59,805 nucleotides of DNA, from contig CAZFCK010000001.1 in NCBI GenBank assembly GCA_964517355.1, forward strand, positions 1 to 59,805. The letters run 5' to 3'. Made by a program: the position numbers and the translations under genes. The notes beneath the pieces were generated by a model, which was given only the letters and a program-made list of their open reading frames with translations, had not been told where the DNA came from and did no database searches. This DNA is from an uncultured Desulfovibrionaceae bacterium. GTDB lineage: Bacteria; Desulfobacterota; Desulfovibrionia; Desulfovibrionales; Desulfovibrionaceae. Below, piece after piece: positions 25,512 through 33,526 of the stretch (position 1 is the stretch's first letter; each line of letters opens with the position of its first letter).

Positions 25512-28500
25512 TTACGGGGGCGTCAAAGTCTTTACCGCCTTGAAGGGGAGCGTGAGGATAGATTTGAAGACGCTGAAGACCGATCCGCCGATACGGCCCA
25601 CGGTGTCGGTGATCATTTCCTTGTGTGAGATTTCAACGGCGGGATCGGCAAACGGTCCGTAAATATGCACCGGGATTGTCGGCGCGCCGGTCATTTGCAC
25701 CAAGATGGTATAATCAATGGTTCGCGAGGGCAGAGATGCCGTTCCTGAGCCTTGAGCCTGCATCATAAGGCCTTGGACAAGGAAATCTTTATTGTCCACC
25801 ATACCGTCTTGAATGAAAAAAGTCGCGTTGGCATTGGAAAAGGACATCCTGGTTTTTCCGTCGGAAGCGTTGTTCTGCGCGTTGTGCCGGGGCAGACCCG
25901 GAGCGCTTTTTGGGGGGGTGCGAGATTTGCCTTCGCTCGTGAGCGTATAATAACCTTCTTTCACTTTGAATTCGGCTTTTCCTCCGAGCGTTCGCATTAA
26001 TTGTTTCCACGAGGTTCCCCCACCGGCAAGGTGCATGTCCCAGGATGCCGTACCACCGACAACATCGCCTCCACCGAGATCTTGTATGACGTTTTCAAGT
26101 TGAAAGGCCGCGATGCTGCATTCCGTGGTGATGGCCAGGCCTCCGCCTTTGGGCAAGGCGTCCAGCGTCAAGATACTGAATAGTTCCCCTCCATAAAAAC
26201 GGGCGCTGACCGGGCGGAATTGCAGACGGCCGCCGGCCGCCTGCACTGTGGCGCGCAGATCGTCGTAGGTCATGCCCCAGGCGTGGGTTCGGGTTATGGC
26301 CAGCGTTCCCTCAAGGTCGAGGTCGCGGAGCCATGCGCTGTCCCACGTGCGGGGCGCGGTCTCCGGAGATGGATGCTGCGGAGGGAGATAAGCGTCCATA
26401 TCCCATTCGTCCACAGTGAGTTGGAATGAGTGCCGCAACGGGCCGGGGCGATCGAGTCCGGAGAATTTGATGGAGCCTGTTATGGCGCTTTTATCCACGG
26501 TGAGTTGATGCAGCTCAATGTCCATTGCCACATCGTCAATGGCATAGGATGCGGCCAGTCCGGCCTGGTTCAGGGCGTAGGCAGCTTCCGTTGGAGGAGC
26601 TTGGATGCCGAACAGCGGCAGGGCCTTGCGGGGCACAAAGGCGGGAGCTATAAAAGATCCGGAATAGCGGCTTGGTTTTCCGGGCATAAAGGCGTTTTCA
26701 ATGGTGAAGGAACCCTGGAAGCGAAGACCCGGCAGCGTGCCGTTGATGTCGCTGATGCTGAAAACATCCTGCTTCATATTGACCATACCTGTTCCAGTGC
26801 CCTGGAACTCCCAGTATTCTTCAGGAAAGACATGTGTGCCCGGTCCGTTGTAACTGAGCTTGAGGCGAGTTTTTTCCACTCCCAAGAAAGCGGGATCGCT
26901 GACGTTGATGAAGGCGGTTCCACGCAAGCTGCAATCACCGTTGACATTGTGCGCGTATTTTTTACCTCGCAGCGCGGTGGAGAACAAACCGGCGGGAGCG
27001 AGTTCCGTAAAAGAGGCCTCAAGCGTGTACGTGAGCGGCAATTTGCTTGCCGGCGCTTTGGCGTCGGCATTGGAAAATGCAAGCTTCGCCTTGCATCGGG
27101 AAAACCGGAAGTTTGGTTGAGGTGTCTGACCCAGCATTTTGGGGGGCGTGGTAAAGTCCAGGGCGCCTTTTGCGAGTTCCATTTCACCCTGCAAGCGCAG
27201 ATTACGCCAGATAGCCTCGTTCGTAGCGCCGGTTGTGGAGGCCGTCACATGCAGAGAAACAACGCCCTGCATGTGCGGTGCGCCGAACAACAGACCGCTG
27301 AGCCGATCGGCATTGCCTTTCTGCAATGTGGTTTCGGTATAAAGCTCCCCGTTGTGGGTTTTCAAGGTCAGATGCGCCTGGCCATCGAGAAAGGAAGCGG
27401 CGTCAACTTTGGCCTCAAGCTGGCCCTGGGAGGCGGTTGCGTTGATCACAAGATCGCGCAGGTCGATACCGCGGGCTCTGCAATGCGCCGTTCGCATGGA
27501 AAGACGCAGATCCGGGAGTTGTTGCGGCCAGGAGAGCAGCCAGTCCGGGAGCGCTAGGGGCCCAGAGGGGGCGCTTTCTTTCGGGAGCAGGGTGTCCAGG
27601 TCAATATCGTTCCCACGCAAATCCAAGGAGAGTGACGGGTGGTCGCCCCACGACAGAGAGGCCTGACCTTCCAAGGATGCCCCCGGGGCTCGGAGTTCAA
27701 GGTGCGTGAGTGTCAGGTTTTCGACATCGGCACTCACTGTCGTTGTTGCCGCTACATTTTCCAGATACGAACATATGTCCGGCGCACTCTCTTCGCTTGG
27801 GACCGCCTCTGATGAACAGTCCAGCAATTGGAGGTTGCCTTGGATGGTGAAATCCCGGCTCAATAAGCGGGTTCCGGTAAAGGTTCCGCCAAGGTGCAGA
27901 CCCGCGATGCTGAGGCTGCCCTGTTTGAGATGCACTCGCTCCTCAGCCAGGTTCACGTCGGCAATGCCGGAAAATCCCCCTTGGTACGGTGTGCCTTCAT
28001 GCGTTGCTTTAAATTCGATGTTGAGTTCGGCGTCCTGAAGCAACATGTTGAAGGGATGCAGCGTAATGTGTGAAACACCGTGTACGGAAATCATGGCGCC
28101 TGAATGACGCGATGCGCTGGCAATCCGGCAGGAAGCGTAATAACCGAATTGCGAGCCGGGATCCGTGCGAAGTTGAAATTCATCAAGGTCAATGACTTCG
28201 CCGGTCATTTCATCGTGGAATACCACGCGCCCCTCTCCCAGGACCAATCCTTGCCAGTCAAAGGGGCGCACAGGCAGGGCGTGCTTGCCGTGTCGCAGTT
28301 GCAGGTCAGGCCTGGAATCCGCATCGGAGCCAAAACGAGCCAGCAGGTCGTCCCAGTTGTTGCGGCCGTCTCGAGCGCGCTGGAGCAGAATGTGGGGAGC
28401 CAGTATTTCAATCCGGTCCAATTCCACTTCCTGCCGCAACAGCAACGGGAGCAACCGCACTCTCACGCGCGCCTGTCGTACTGTCAAGAAAGGGGCGGGA

Positions 28501-28733
28501 CCAAAGCCCTGGGGCTGCTCCATGCGCAGATCCATAATGCGTACGCCCAGCCATGGAAAGAACTCGAGGCTTTGCTTACCTAAAATATGCACCTTGCGGC
28601 CAGTGCGTTTCGATATCCAGCCGCTTAAATCGATATCCAGGTCATTGGGGTCGATAAGCACTAGGCTCAGGGCAATCACCGTGACCATCGTCATGATACA
28701 AAGGCTTGCAATGATGAAGAGTTTTCTAAACAT
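25512..28733 (-). CDS. AsmA-family protein (large periplasm-spanning, TamB/YhdP-like class), 1073 aa
   Basis: N-terminal anchor MFRKLFIIASLCIMTMVTVIALSLVLIDPNDL..WISKRTGRKV. C-terminal AsmA_2-like region ..ATFFIQDGMVDNKDFLVQGLMMQAQGSGTASLPSRTIDYTILV. The ATG at 28733 overlaps the upstream stop by 8 nt. Confidence 0.8.
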   Translation of the reverse strand: MFRKLFIIASLCIMTMVTVIALSLVLIDPNDLDIDLSGWISKRTGRKVHILGKQSLEFFPWLGVRIMDLRMEQPQGFGPAPFLTVRQARVRVRLLPLLLRQEVELDRIEILAPHILLQRARDGRNNWDDLLARFGSDADSRPDLQLRHGKHALPVRPFDWQGLVLGEGRVVFHDEMTGEVIDLDEFQLRTDPGSQFGYYASCRIASASRHSGAMISVHGVSHITLHPFNMLLQDAELNIEFKATHEGTPYQGGFSGIADVNLAEERVHLKQGSLSIAGLHLGGTFTGTRLLSRDFTIQGNLQLLDCSSEAVPSEESAPDICSYLENVAATTTVSADVENLTLTHLELRAPGASLEGQASLSWGDHPSLSLDLRGNDIDLDTLLPKESAPSGPLALPDWLLSWPQQLPDLRLSMRTAHCRARGIDLRDLVINATASQGQLEAKVDAASFLDGQAHLTLKTHNGELYTETTLQKGNADRLSGLLFGAPHMQGVVSLHVTASTTGATNEAIWRNLRLQGEMELAKGALDFTTPPKMLGQTPQPNFRFSRCKAKLAFSNADAKAPASKLPLTYTLEASFTELAPAGLFSTALRGKKYAHNVNGDCSLRGTAFINVSDPAFLGVEKTRLKLSYNGPGTHVFPEEYWEFQGTGTGMVNMKQDVFSISDINGTLPGLRFQGSFTIENAFMPGKPSRYSGSFIAPAFVPRKALPLFGIQAPPTEAAYALNQAGLAASYAIDDVAMDIELHQLTVDKSAITGSIKFSGLDRPGPLRHSFQLTVDEWDMDAYLPPQHPSPETAPRTWDSAWLRDLDLEGTLAITRTHAWGMTYDDLRATVQAAGGRLQFRPVSARFYGGELFSILTLDALPKGGGLAITTECSIAAFQLENVIQDLGGGDVVGGTASWDMHLAGGGTSWKQLMRTLGGKAEFKVKEGYYTLTSEGKSRTPPKSAPGLPRHNAQNNASDGKTRMSFSNANATFFIQDGMVDNKDFLVQGLMMQAQGSGTASLPSRTIDYTILVQMTGAPTIPVHIYGPFADPAVEISHKEMITDTVGRIGGSVFSVFKSILTLPFKAVKTLTPP

Positions 28734-29727
28734 CAGGCGTTTTCCCTTGTAACCGTCCGGCGGAGAGTAATCTGATGGGCGCTTCAAACATGACAACAAT
28801 GCGTATGACAAGACAAAATGATTGTAAGCTGGAGGCCTGCGTTATAGTCAACAATTGCTGGTGTAGCAGGATGGAGATAATTATATGTATACTTAAAAAC
28901 AACGCCAATGCCAGCCGGCCCCAATTGCGTCCGGTCAGCAACTGCCCCGCGCCGGGGGCGAACCATCCCAGAATGAAAAGTCCGCCCGCCTTGGCCTCGG
29001 TCGTGCCGTACCAGGGCACTTTCGTGTCGTTTTCGAATACGTACTCCATGCTATCGCATTGTTGGGCCCGTTGTTGCGCCCGTTGTTGCGCAAGAAGGAG
29101 TACCGCATCCGCTATTGCCAGCATTTTTACGCACATGAGCAAAACGGCGGGCACCGAGGATTCCATGATGAAGAACAGGGAATGGAGTTTGTGCGCCACG
29201 GTGAGGGGCTGGGCGGCAAGGTTCGGATCTTCAAGCAGGGCGCCAATGCCGCGTCCCAGTTTGGCATAGACTGGGCCCATGAGTGTGAGGCCGCAAAGAT
29301 TGAGCAATATAAGAAGCAGGCCGAAGACTGTTTTTCCGGCGTATGCCTGTCCCGCCCCAGGACAGAGCCAGGATATGAGCGCTCCCCAGGCGATTGAATC
29401 TTGGGGGGGCAGGCCATGGGTGATTCGAGCGGCGCGCATGCAACGCACGGCGTTGAAGATTCCCCAAAACCAGGCCGCTAGCATGCACAAAAGTGAGATT
29501 CCCAGGAGCTGTACAGGTTCCAGGGATACGCCCCGCAAATCAAGCAACGGCTCTACGATCAGCCAGCTCAGGCGGCAAAACCAGGCGAGGAACCCGAGGA
29601 AAAAGCCGCAGGTCAGCACCCCTTGCAGTCTGGCTCCGGCGATCCATTCGCCCAGCCCCGGAAGAGCCGCGGCATAGAGCAATGCCCTGTGCGCGCTCAG
29701 GCGATCTCTGTTCCCGCGTGTCGTCAT
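28726..29727 (-). CDS. Polytopic inner-membrane protein (8-9 TM), 333 aa, with a triplicated PG.G motif
   Basis: Three similar helix starts: LPGLGEWIAG, CPGAGQAYAG and APGAGQLLTG. A (QQRA)2 loop is encoded by a perfect 12-nt tandem duplication at 29066-29089. Confidence 0.7.
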   Translation of the reverse strand: MTTRGNRDRLSAHRALLYAAALPGLGEWIAGARLQGVLTCGFFLGFLAWFCRLSWLIVEPLLDLRGVSLEPVQLLGISLLCMLAAWFWGIFNAVRCMRAARITHGLPPQDSIAWGALISWLCPGAGQAYAGKTVFGLLLILLNLCGLTLMGPVYAKLGRGIGALLEDPNLAAQPLTVAHKLHSLFFIMESSVPAVLLMCVKMLAIADAVLLLAQQRAQQRAQQCDSMEYVFENDTKVPWYGTTEAKAGGLFILGWFAPGAGQLLTGRNWGRLALALFLSIHIIISILLHQQLLTITQASSLQSFCLVIRIVVMFEAPIRLLSAGRLQGKTPDV

Positions 29728-29793
29728 TGTGGTCTATGGTGGAAATGATTTTCCTTGTTGTTCAGAAAAGCCATGGTAATATGGTAATAATGC

Positions 29794-29873
29794 GAGCGGA
29801 AAACAAACAGTCCGCTCCCGCGGCATTCGCCGCTGGCCCCGCAATGGCGTGGCCTTACATACTAACTCAGTGC
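29794..29873 (+). repeat. R3 repeat, about 80 nt
   Basis: gagcggaaaacaaacagtccgctcccgcggcattcgccgctggccccgcaatggcgtggcctta... aligns with 36910-36988. Confidence 0.8.
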
Positions 29874-30039
29874 AAGAAAGTTACTGAGTAATATATCCTG
29901 AGATACACGCTTTTACGCCGGTGTCCAGCCCCGGCGCGGACCTGTAGACAAAGTAAGGCCTTTTTTCCGATGCATTGACCGGGCGTCGGTAGTGCTTATT
30001 GTAGCATAATGTGAGAATAATAAAAAATGTGGAGGGACT

Positions 30040-30195
30040 ATGGACAAGTGGGAATGCCCCTGCGGTTATGTGTATGATCCGGCCGAAGGCGACGCCGAAC
30101 GCAATATTCCTGTAGGCACTGCCTTTGAAGATTTGCCCGAAGATTGGGTCTGCCCGGTTTGTGGTGCTGAAAAGGAGTACTTTGAAAAGGTTTAG
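30040..30195 (+). CDS. rub: Rubredoxin, 51 aa (below the ORF-track cutoff), with an atypical first Cys knuckle
   Basis: [51 protein letters not shown], with a ggaggg SD. The second knuckle CPVCG is canonical. The first reads C-P-C-G instead of C-x-x-C-G. Confidence 0.88.
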   Translation: MDKWECPCGYVYDPAEGDAERNIPVGTAFEDLPEDWVCPVCGAEKEYFEKV

Positions 30196-30213
30196 GCCGG
30201 TTTTCTGGTTAAA

Positions 30214-30262
30214 GGCGGGGGAATTTTCTTTTGAAGCAAGATTTTTCTCCCGCCTTTTTTTT
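30214..30262 (+). terminator. Intrinsic terminator after the rubredoxin gene
   Basis: ggcggggga ... tctcccgcc stem (8/9 bp) followed by T8. Confidence 0.6.
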
Positions 30263-30279
30263 CAAGCGTGAACCGGGAG

Positions 30280-30669
30280 TTATTGCAGCGGTAAATCCAT
30301 ATTTTCCACAACACGATTTTCTTTTCGGGAAACATCCCCTTTGATTACGTAGCTGAGGGCATCCTCCAGCCGGCGGCCGGTTACGTTGCCCGCAAGGCGC
30401 AACACTTCCATACCGGCGCGTAGAAACAGATACGTGGGAAAACAAGCGATGTTGTATCTGATGCGTTCCAGGTCGCAATATCCTCCAGGAAGAACGAATA
30501 TCGGCAACATGCCCGCATGACGCCCCATGATGTATTTGAGTGCGGCCATTTGCGACTGCAGGGGGCCATTGCGGCTTACAAAAACGACAAGCACCAATCC
30601 CGGCTGCATCCGTAAATAGTTCTCCAAATCCTTATAGGTGGAGAAAGGTACGTGATCTTGTTCATTCAT
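30280..30669 (-). CDS. Thioredoxin-fold protein lacking the CxxC motif
   Basis: LVLVVFVSRNGPLQSQMAALK aligns to the (F)W..WCGPCK position, with WCGPC replaced by RNGPL. The cis-Pro motif CFPTYLF is retained. gggagg SD. Confidence 0.55.
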   Translation of the reverse strand: MNEQDHVPFSTYKDLENYLRMQPGLVLVVFVSRNGPLQSQMAALKYIMGRHAGMLPIFVLPGGYCDLERIRYNIACFPTYLFLRAGMEVLRLAGNVTGRRLEDALSYVIKGDVSRKENRVVENMDLPLQ

Positions 30670-30749
30670 TCTGTGAAGCCTCCCCCCATCTGTCTGAAAA
30701 AAAACAGGGCCATCTCATCTTGTTGCTTTCTGTACTATAGTGGAGTGCG

Positions 30750-32123
30750 CTATTCTTGTTGCTGCAATTTCGCGAGCATACGTAACGCGGGAGGATAATT
30801 TTCCTGGATTTCCAATGAAAATTTGAACATTTTGACTGCATTATTTCGTTGGCCAATATTCATATACGCCAGTCCGATATTATAGGCAACCGCAGGCGAC
30901 TGGCGCAGGACCTCTCTATCCACTTCAAGAGCTTTTACAAAAGATTGTACGGCCTTGCGGTATTGCTTACCCACGGCATAGGCAACGCCGATGTTGTAAT
31001 AGAGACCACCGTCATCCGGAGCCACGGTGAGCGCCTTTTCATAGTTGCGGATGGCTTCTTCCCAAAGGCCTTGCTGCCGCAAAAGGATGCCGCGTTCGTT
31101 GAACATCCACAGATCGTTTTTGCTGAGGCTCTCTCCGCGCGTTTCAATGGCCTCGTTCATGTACTGCACAGCGAGTTCCTTGTCTTTTTCCACCAAGGTC
31201 TTGGCTATGCGCATGAGTGAATCGCTGACCATTTCATTGGCCACGCGCTTCACCAGTTTCGTGGCGTTCTGAAAGTGTTGGTTTGCGGCTTCCATGTCAT
31301 CCAGTTCAAGATAGGTTTCGCCAATCTCTATCTTGCGTTCGTAATTGAGCGGAGAAAGCTTTTCCAGTTTGTTAAGATAGTTGAGTTTCTCCGCCTTATC
31401 TCCCGTCTTGTCGCAAAGCTGCACGAGGCGTTGCAGCGGCTTCACGTAGAGCCGCTCGCTTTTGGCGGCATTGAAATAGTGCTCTTTGGCATCCTCGTAA
31501 TTCTCCCGTTTCATGGCCATGTCGCCCAGGAGGATGTGCCCGGCCAGGCTGTCCGGTTTCAGTTCAAAGATGCGTTCGGCAATGCGTTCGGCACTGTCCA
31601 GCTCATTTTGTTCCAACAGTTCATGAGCGCGATCGAACAGCACGCTCAGTTCGTTGTTCGGTTTGATGACAAAGGCCATTTTTTCGATCAGGGCGTTTGC
31701 CGAGATAGGTTTGATTATCAGGCTGTCGGCACCGACCTCGAAGATCAGGACGATTTCTTCGCGTTGGATTTCTTCGCTTGTGACGATCACCCGCACCTTT
31801 TCCGCATAAAATTCTTTACATATCTTCAGTGTCTTGATGTAGGATTGCAGGCCGATTTTCCGTTCAAGAAAGAGAACCCTGGGGACTTTAATTTTATCGG
31901 CGGCGTTGCTTATCTCCGTCACTGCGGAGTTGTACGATTCCGTTTCATGAAGAAAGGCTCGAAAGTCGATACCGACCTGTTCGAGTGCGTAACGCAGGGC
32001 TTTGATGAATCCCGTGTCGCTGGAGCAGACAATGAACGTTCCGCCGGCGTTGCAGTAATCGACGACAATGCGGTCGAACATTTTAAGTTTGCGATCCGCT
32101 TTGATGCGTTTGGCGTATTGCAT
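30750..32123 (-). CDS. Pseudo-receiver (REC-like) plus TPR-repeat protein
   Basis: The ATG at 32123 shares one nucleotide with the upstream TGA (TGATG). The REC-like N-terminus has Glu at the phospho-acceptor position (VLFLERKIG) and SSD instead of DD. Several TPR units follow (..AYNIGLAYMNIGQRNNAVKMFKFSLEIQ..). Confidence 0.8.
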   Translation of the reverse strand: MQYAKRIKADRKLKMFDRIVVDYCNAGGTFIVCSSDTGFIKALRYALEQVGIDFRAFLHETESYNSAVTEISNAADKIKVPRVLFLERKIGLQSYIKTLKICKEFYAEKVRVIVTSEEIQREEIVLIFEVGADSLIIKPISANALIEKMAFVIKPNNELSVLFDRAHELLEQNELDSAERIAERIFELKPDSLAGHILLGDMAMKRENYEDAKEHYFNAAKSERLYVKPLQRLVQLCDKTGDKAEKLNYLNKLEKLSPLNYERKIEIGETYLELDDMEAANQHFQNATKLVKRVANEMVSDSLMRIAKTLVEKDKELAVQYMNEAIETRGESLSKNDLWMFNERGILLRQQGLWEEAIRNYEKALTVAPDDGGLYYNIGVAYAVGKQYRKAVQSFVKALEVDREVLRQSPAVAYNIGLAYMNIGQRNNAVKMFKFSLEIQENYPPALRMLAKLQQQE

Positions 32124-33388
32124 CAAGCCTCCCCTTCAGGTTTTTGTTCCCCGTTGTTGTGGGGTGTCGCGCGGGAAACCGATGCGAGTTTGTTTTTTTG
32201 CTCCTGGATACGGGCCATGAGGTCTCCGTCGATCTCATCGAGTATGGATGGTTCGCTTTGAGGCACAAACACTTTGAGTTTTTGCAAGCCTTGCTTGAGG
32301 GCGGCGTCCTTTGCCGGCGAAAGGTCTGCCGCACCCAAGGCGCGGCCCGCCAGTGTTTCGAGCGTTTCCAGCTTTTCGTCCAGAACCATGCCGGGGCGCA
32401 ACTCGTCCAGGGGCAGGCTGGCTCTGGCATAGCCCTCCCTTTCTCCCAGCAGGGGGTCCATGAGTGCGAGGATCTCAGGATCATACCAGCCAAGGCGATT
32501 GCGCATGGTTGTAAGAGCCTTTTTGCGCGTGTATCCTTGCTGTTGCAGGGCATCGAAATCCAAGGCCGCTTTAAGTATGCGCGCTCCCAGAGGGATATCT
32601 TTTCCGGCGACGGCAATGTCTGGTGAGCCTGAGCCGTCGAAATGTTTCTCTTGAAAGGAAATGATCGAGGCGATTTCCTCCAGTCGAGGAATGTTGGCCA
32701 AAAGGTCTCTTCCCAGTTTCGGGTGCTGGGAAAACAGGTCTTCCTGCTCAACATCCATGGCCAGGCCCTGGATTTTCATTGCGAGTAATTGTTCGGGCAA
32801 AATCAGGAATCCCAACTGGGAGAGCATGACCGCCAATTCCATGCGCCAATGATCGCTCATATCGGACGCGCGCGCCAAATCCACCACCAATCGTTTAATC
32901 CGCGCGCAACGTTGATGGGCGGTGGCGTTGGCCATGGCCAGCAGGTCGGTGAGCACTTTGATCACGCCCTTGAGCGTTCCACGGATAAATTCCTTTTCGG
33001 CGGTGATCAGGCGGTATTGACGTACCCCAGCGGTGAGGGCCTCCAGCATTTCCTGTTCAGGGCAGGGTTTGGCAAGAAAGCGGAACACGTGTCCATGGTT
33101 CACGGCGGACATGGCGGAGGCAATATCGGCATAGCCCGTGAGCATAATGCGCACCGTGTCCGGGAAACGGCCTTTGATCTGCGTAAAAAAGGCTATGCCG
33201 TCCATGCCGGGCATGCGCAAGTCCGAAACAACCACGGCAAACGGGCCTTGTTCCGCTATGGCGGCCAAGCCATCCACCGGTCCTTGGGCCACATGGACCT
33301 GGAACGTTTTGCGGAAGGTCCGTTTATACGCCGCAAGCACTTGGACGTCATCATCCACAAAAAGAATTTTCGTTTCTGCATCAGCCAT
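32123..33388 (-). CDS. Response regulator: canonical REC plus a degenerate HD-GYP-like domain
   Basis: ILFVDDD..VVVSDLRMPGMDG..LAKP. The output domain has ..HFDGSGSPD..IPLGARILKAALDFDAL (GYP changed to GSP), and the HD dyad position reads MLSQLG. Confidence 0.82.
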   Translation of the reverse strand: MADAETKILFVDDDVQVLAAYKRTFRKTFQVHVAQGPVDGLAAIAEQGPFAVVVSDLRMPGMDGIAFFTQIKGRFPDTVRIMLTGYADIASAMSAVNHGHVFRFLAKPCPEQEMLEALTAGVRQYRLITAEKEFIRGTLKGVIKVLTDLLAMANATAHQRCARIKRLVVDLARASDMSDHWRMELAVMLSQLGFLILPEQLLAMKIQGLAMDVEQEDLFSQHPKLGRDLLANIPRLEEIASIISFQEKHFDGSGSPDIAVAGKDIPLGARILKAALDFDALQQQGYTRKKALTTMRNRLGWYDPEILALMDPLLGEREGYARASLPLDELRPGMVLDEKLETLETLAGRALGAADLSPAKDAALKQGLQKLKVFVPQSEPSILDEIDGDLMARIQEQKNKLASVSRATPHNNGEQKPEGEA

Positions 33389-33526
33389 GGAGAACTCGTT
33401 GGTTATTGCGTGTGGTTTGTTTCCAATGTCGGCCCCCGGTTATGGCCCACGCGGCATGGGTGTGGTTACAGAATGCGGATAATACCGGAAAAAAAGTTGT
33501 AAGCCAACAGAAACACGTTAGAATAT

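Noticed and set aside
26430-27557. 375-aa + strand ORF, with neighbours at 26001-26429 and 27352-28038, inside the AsmA-family gene
   Set aside because: It is entirely antisense to a gene with clear family features. The translation is Arg/Gly/Ala-rich and low-complexity, as expected for the reverse frame of GC-rich coding DNA. There is no SD.
31275-32261. 328-aa + strand ORF antisense to the REC-TPR gene
   Set aside because: Same reasoning. It mirrors the TPR gene codon for codon, has no recognisable domain, and crosses the TGATG junction of two well-supported minus-strand genes.
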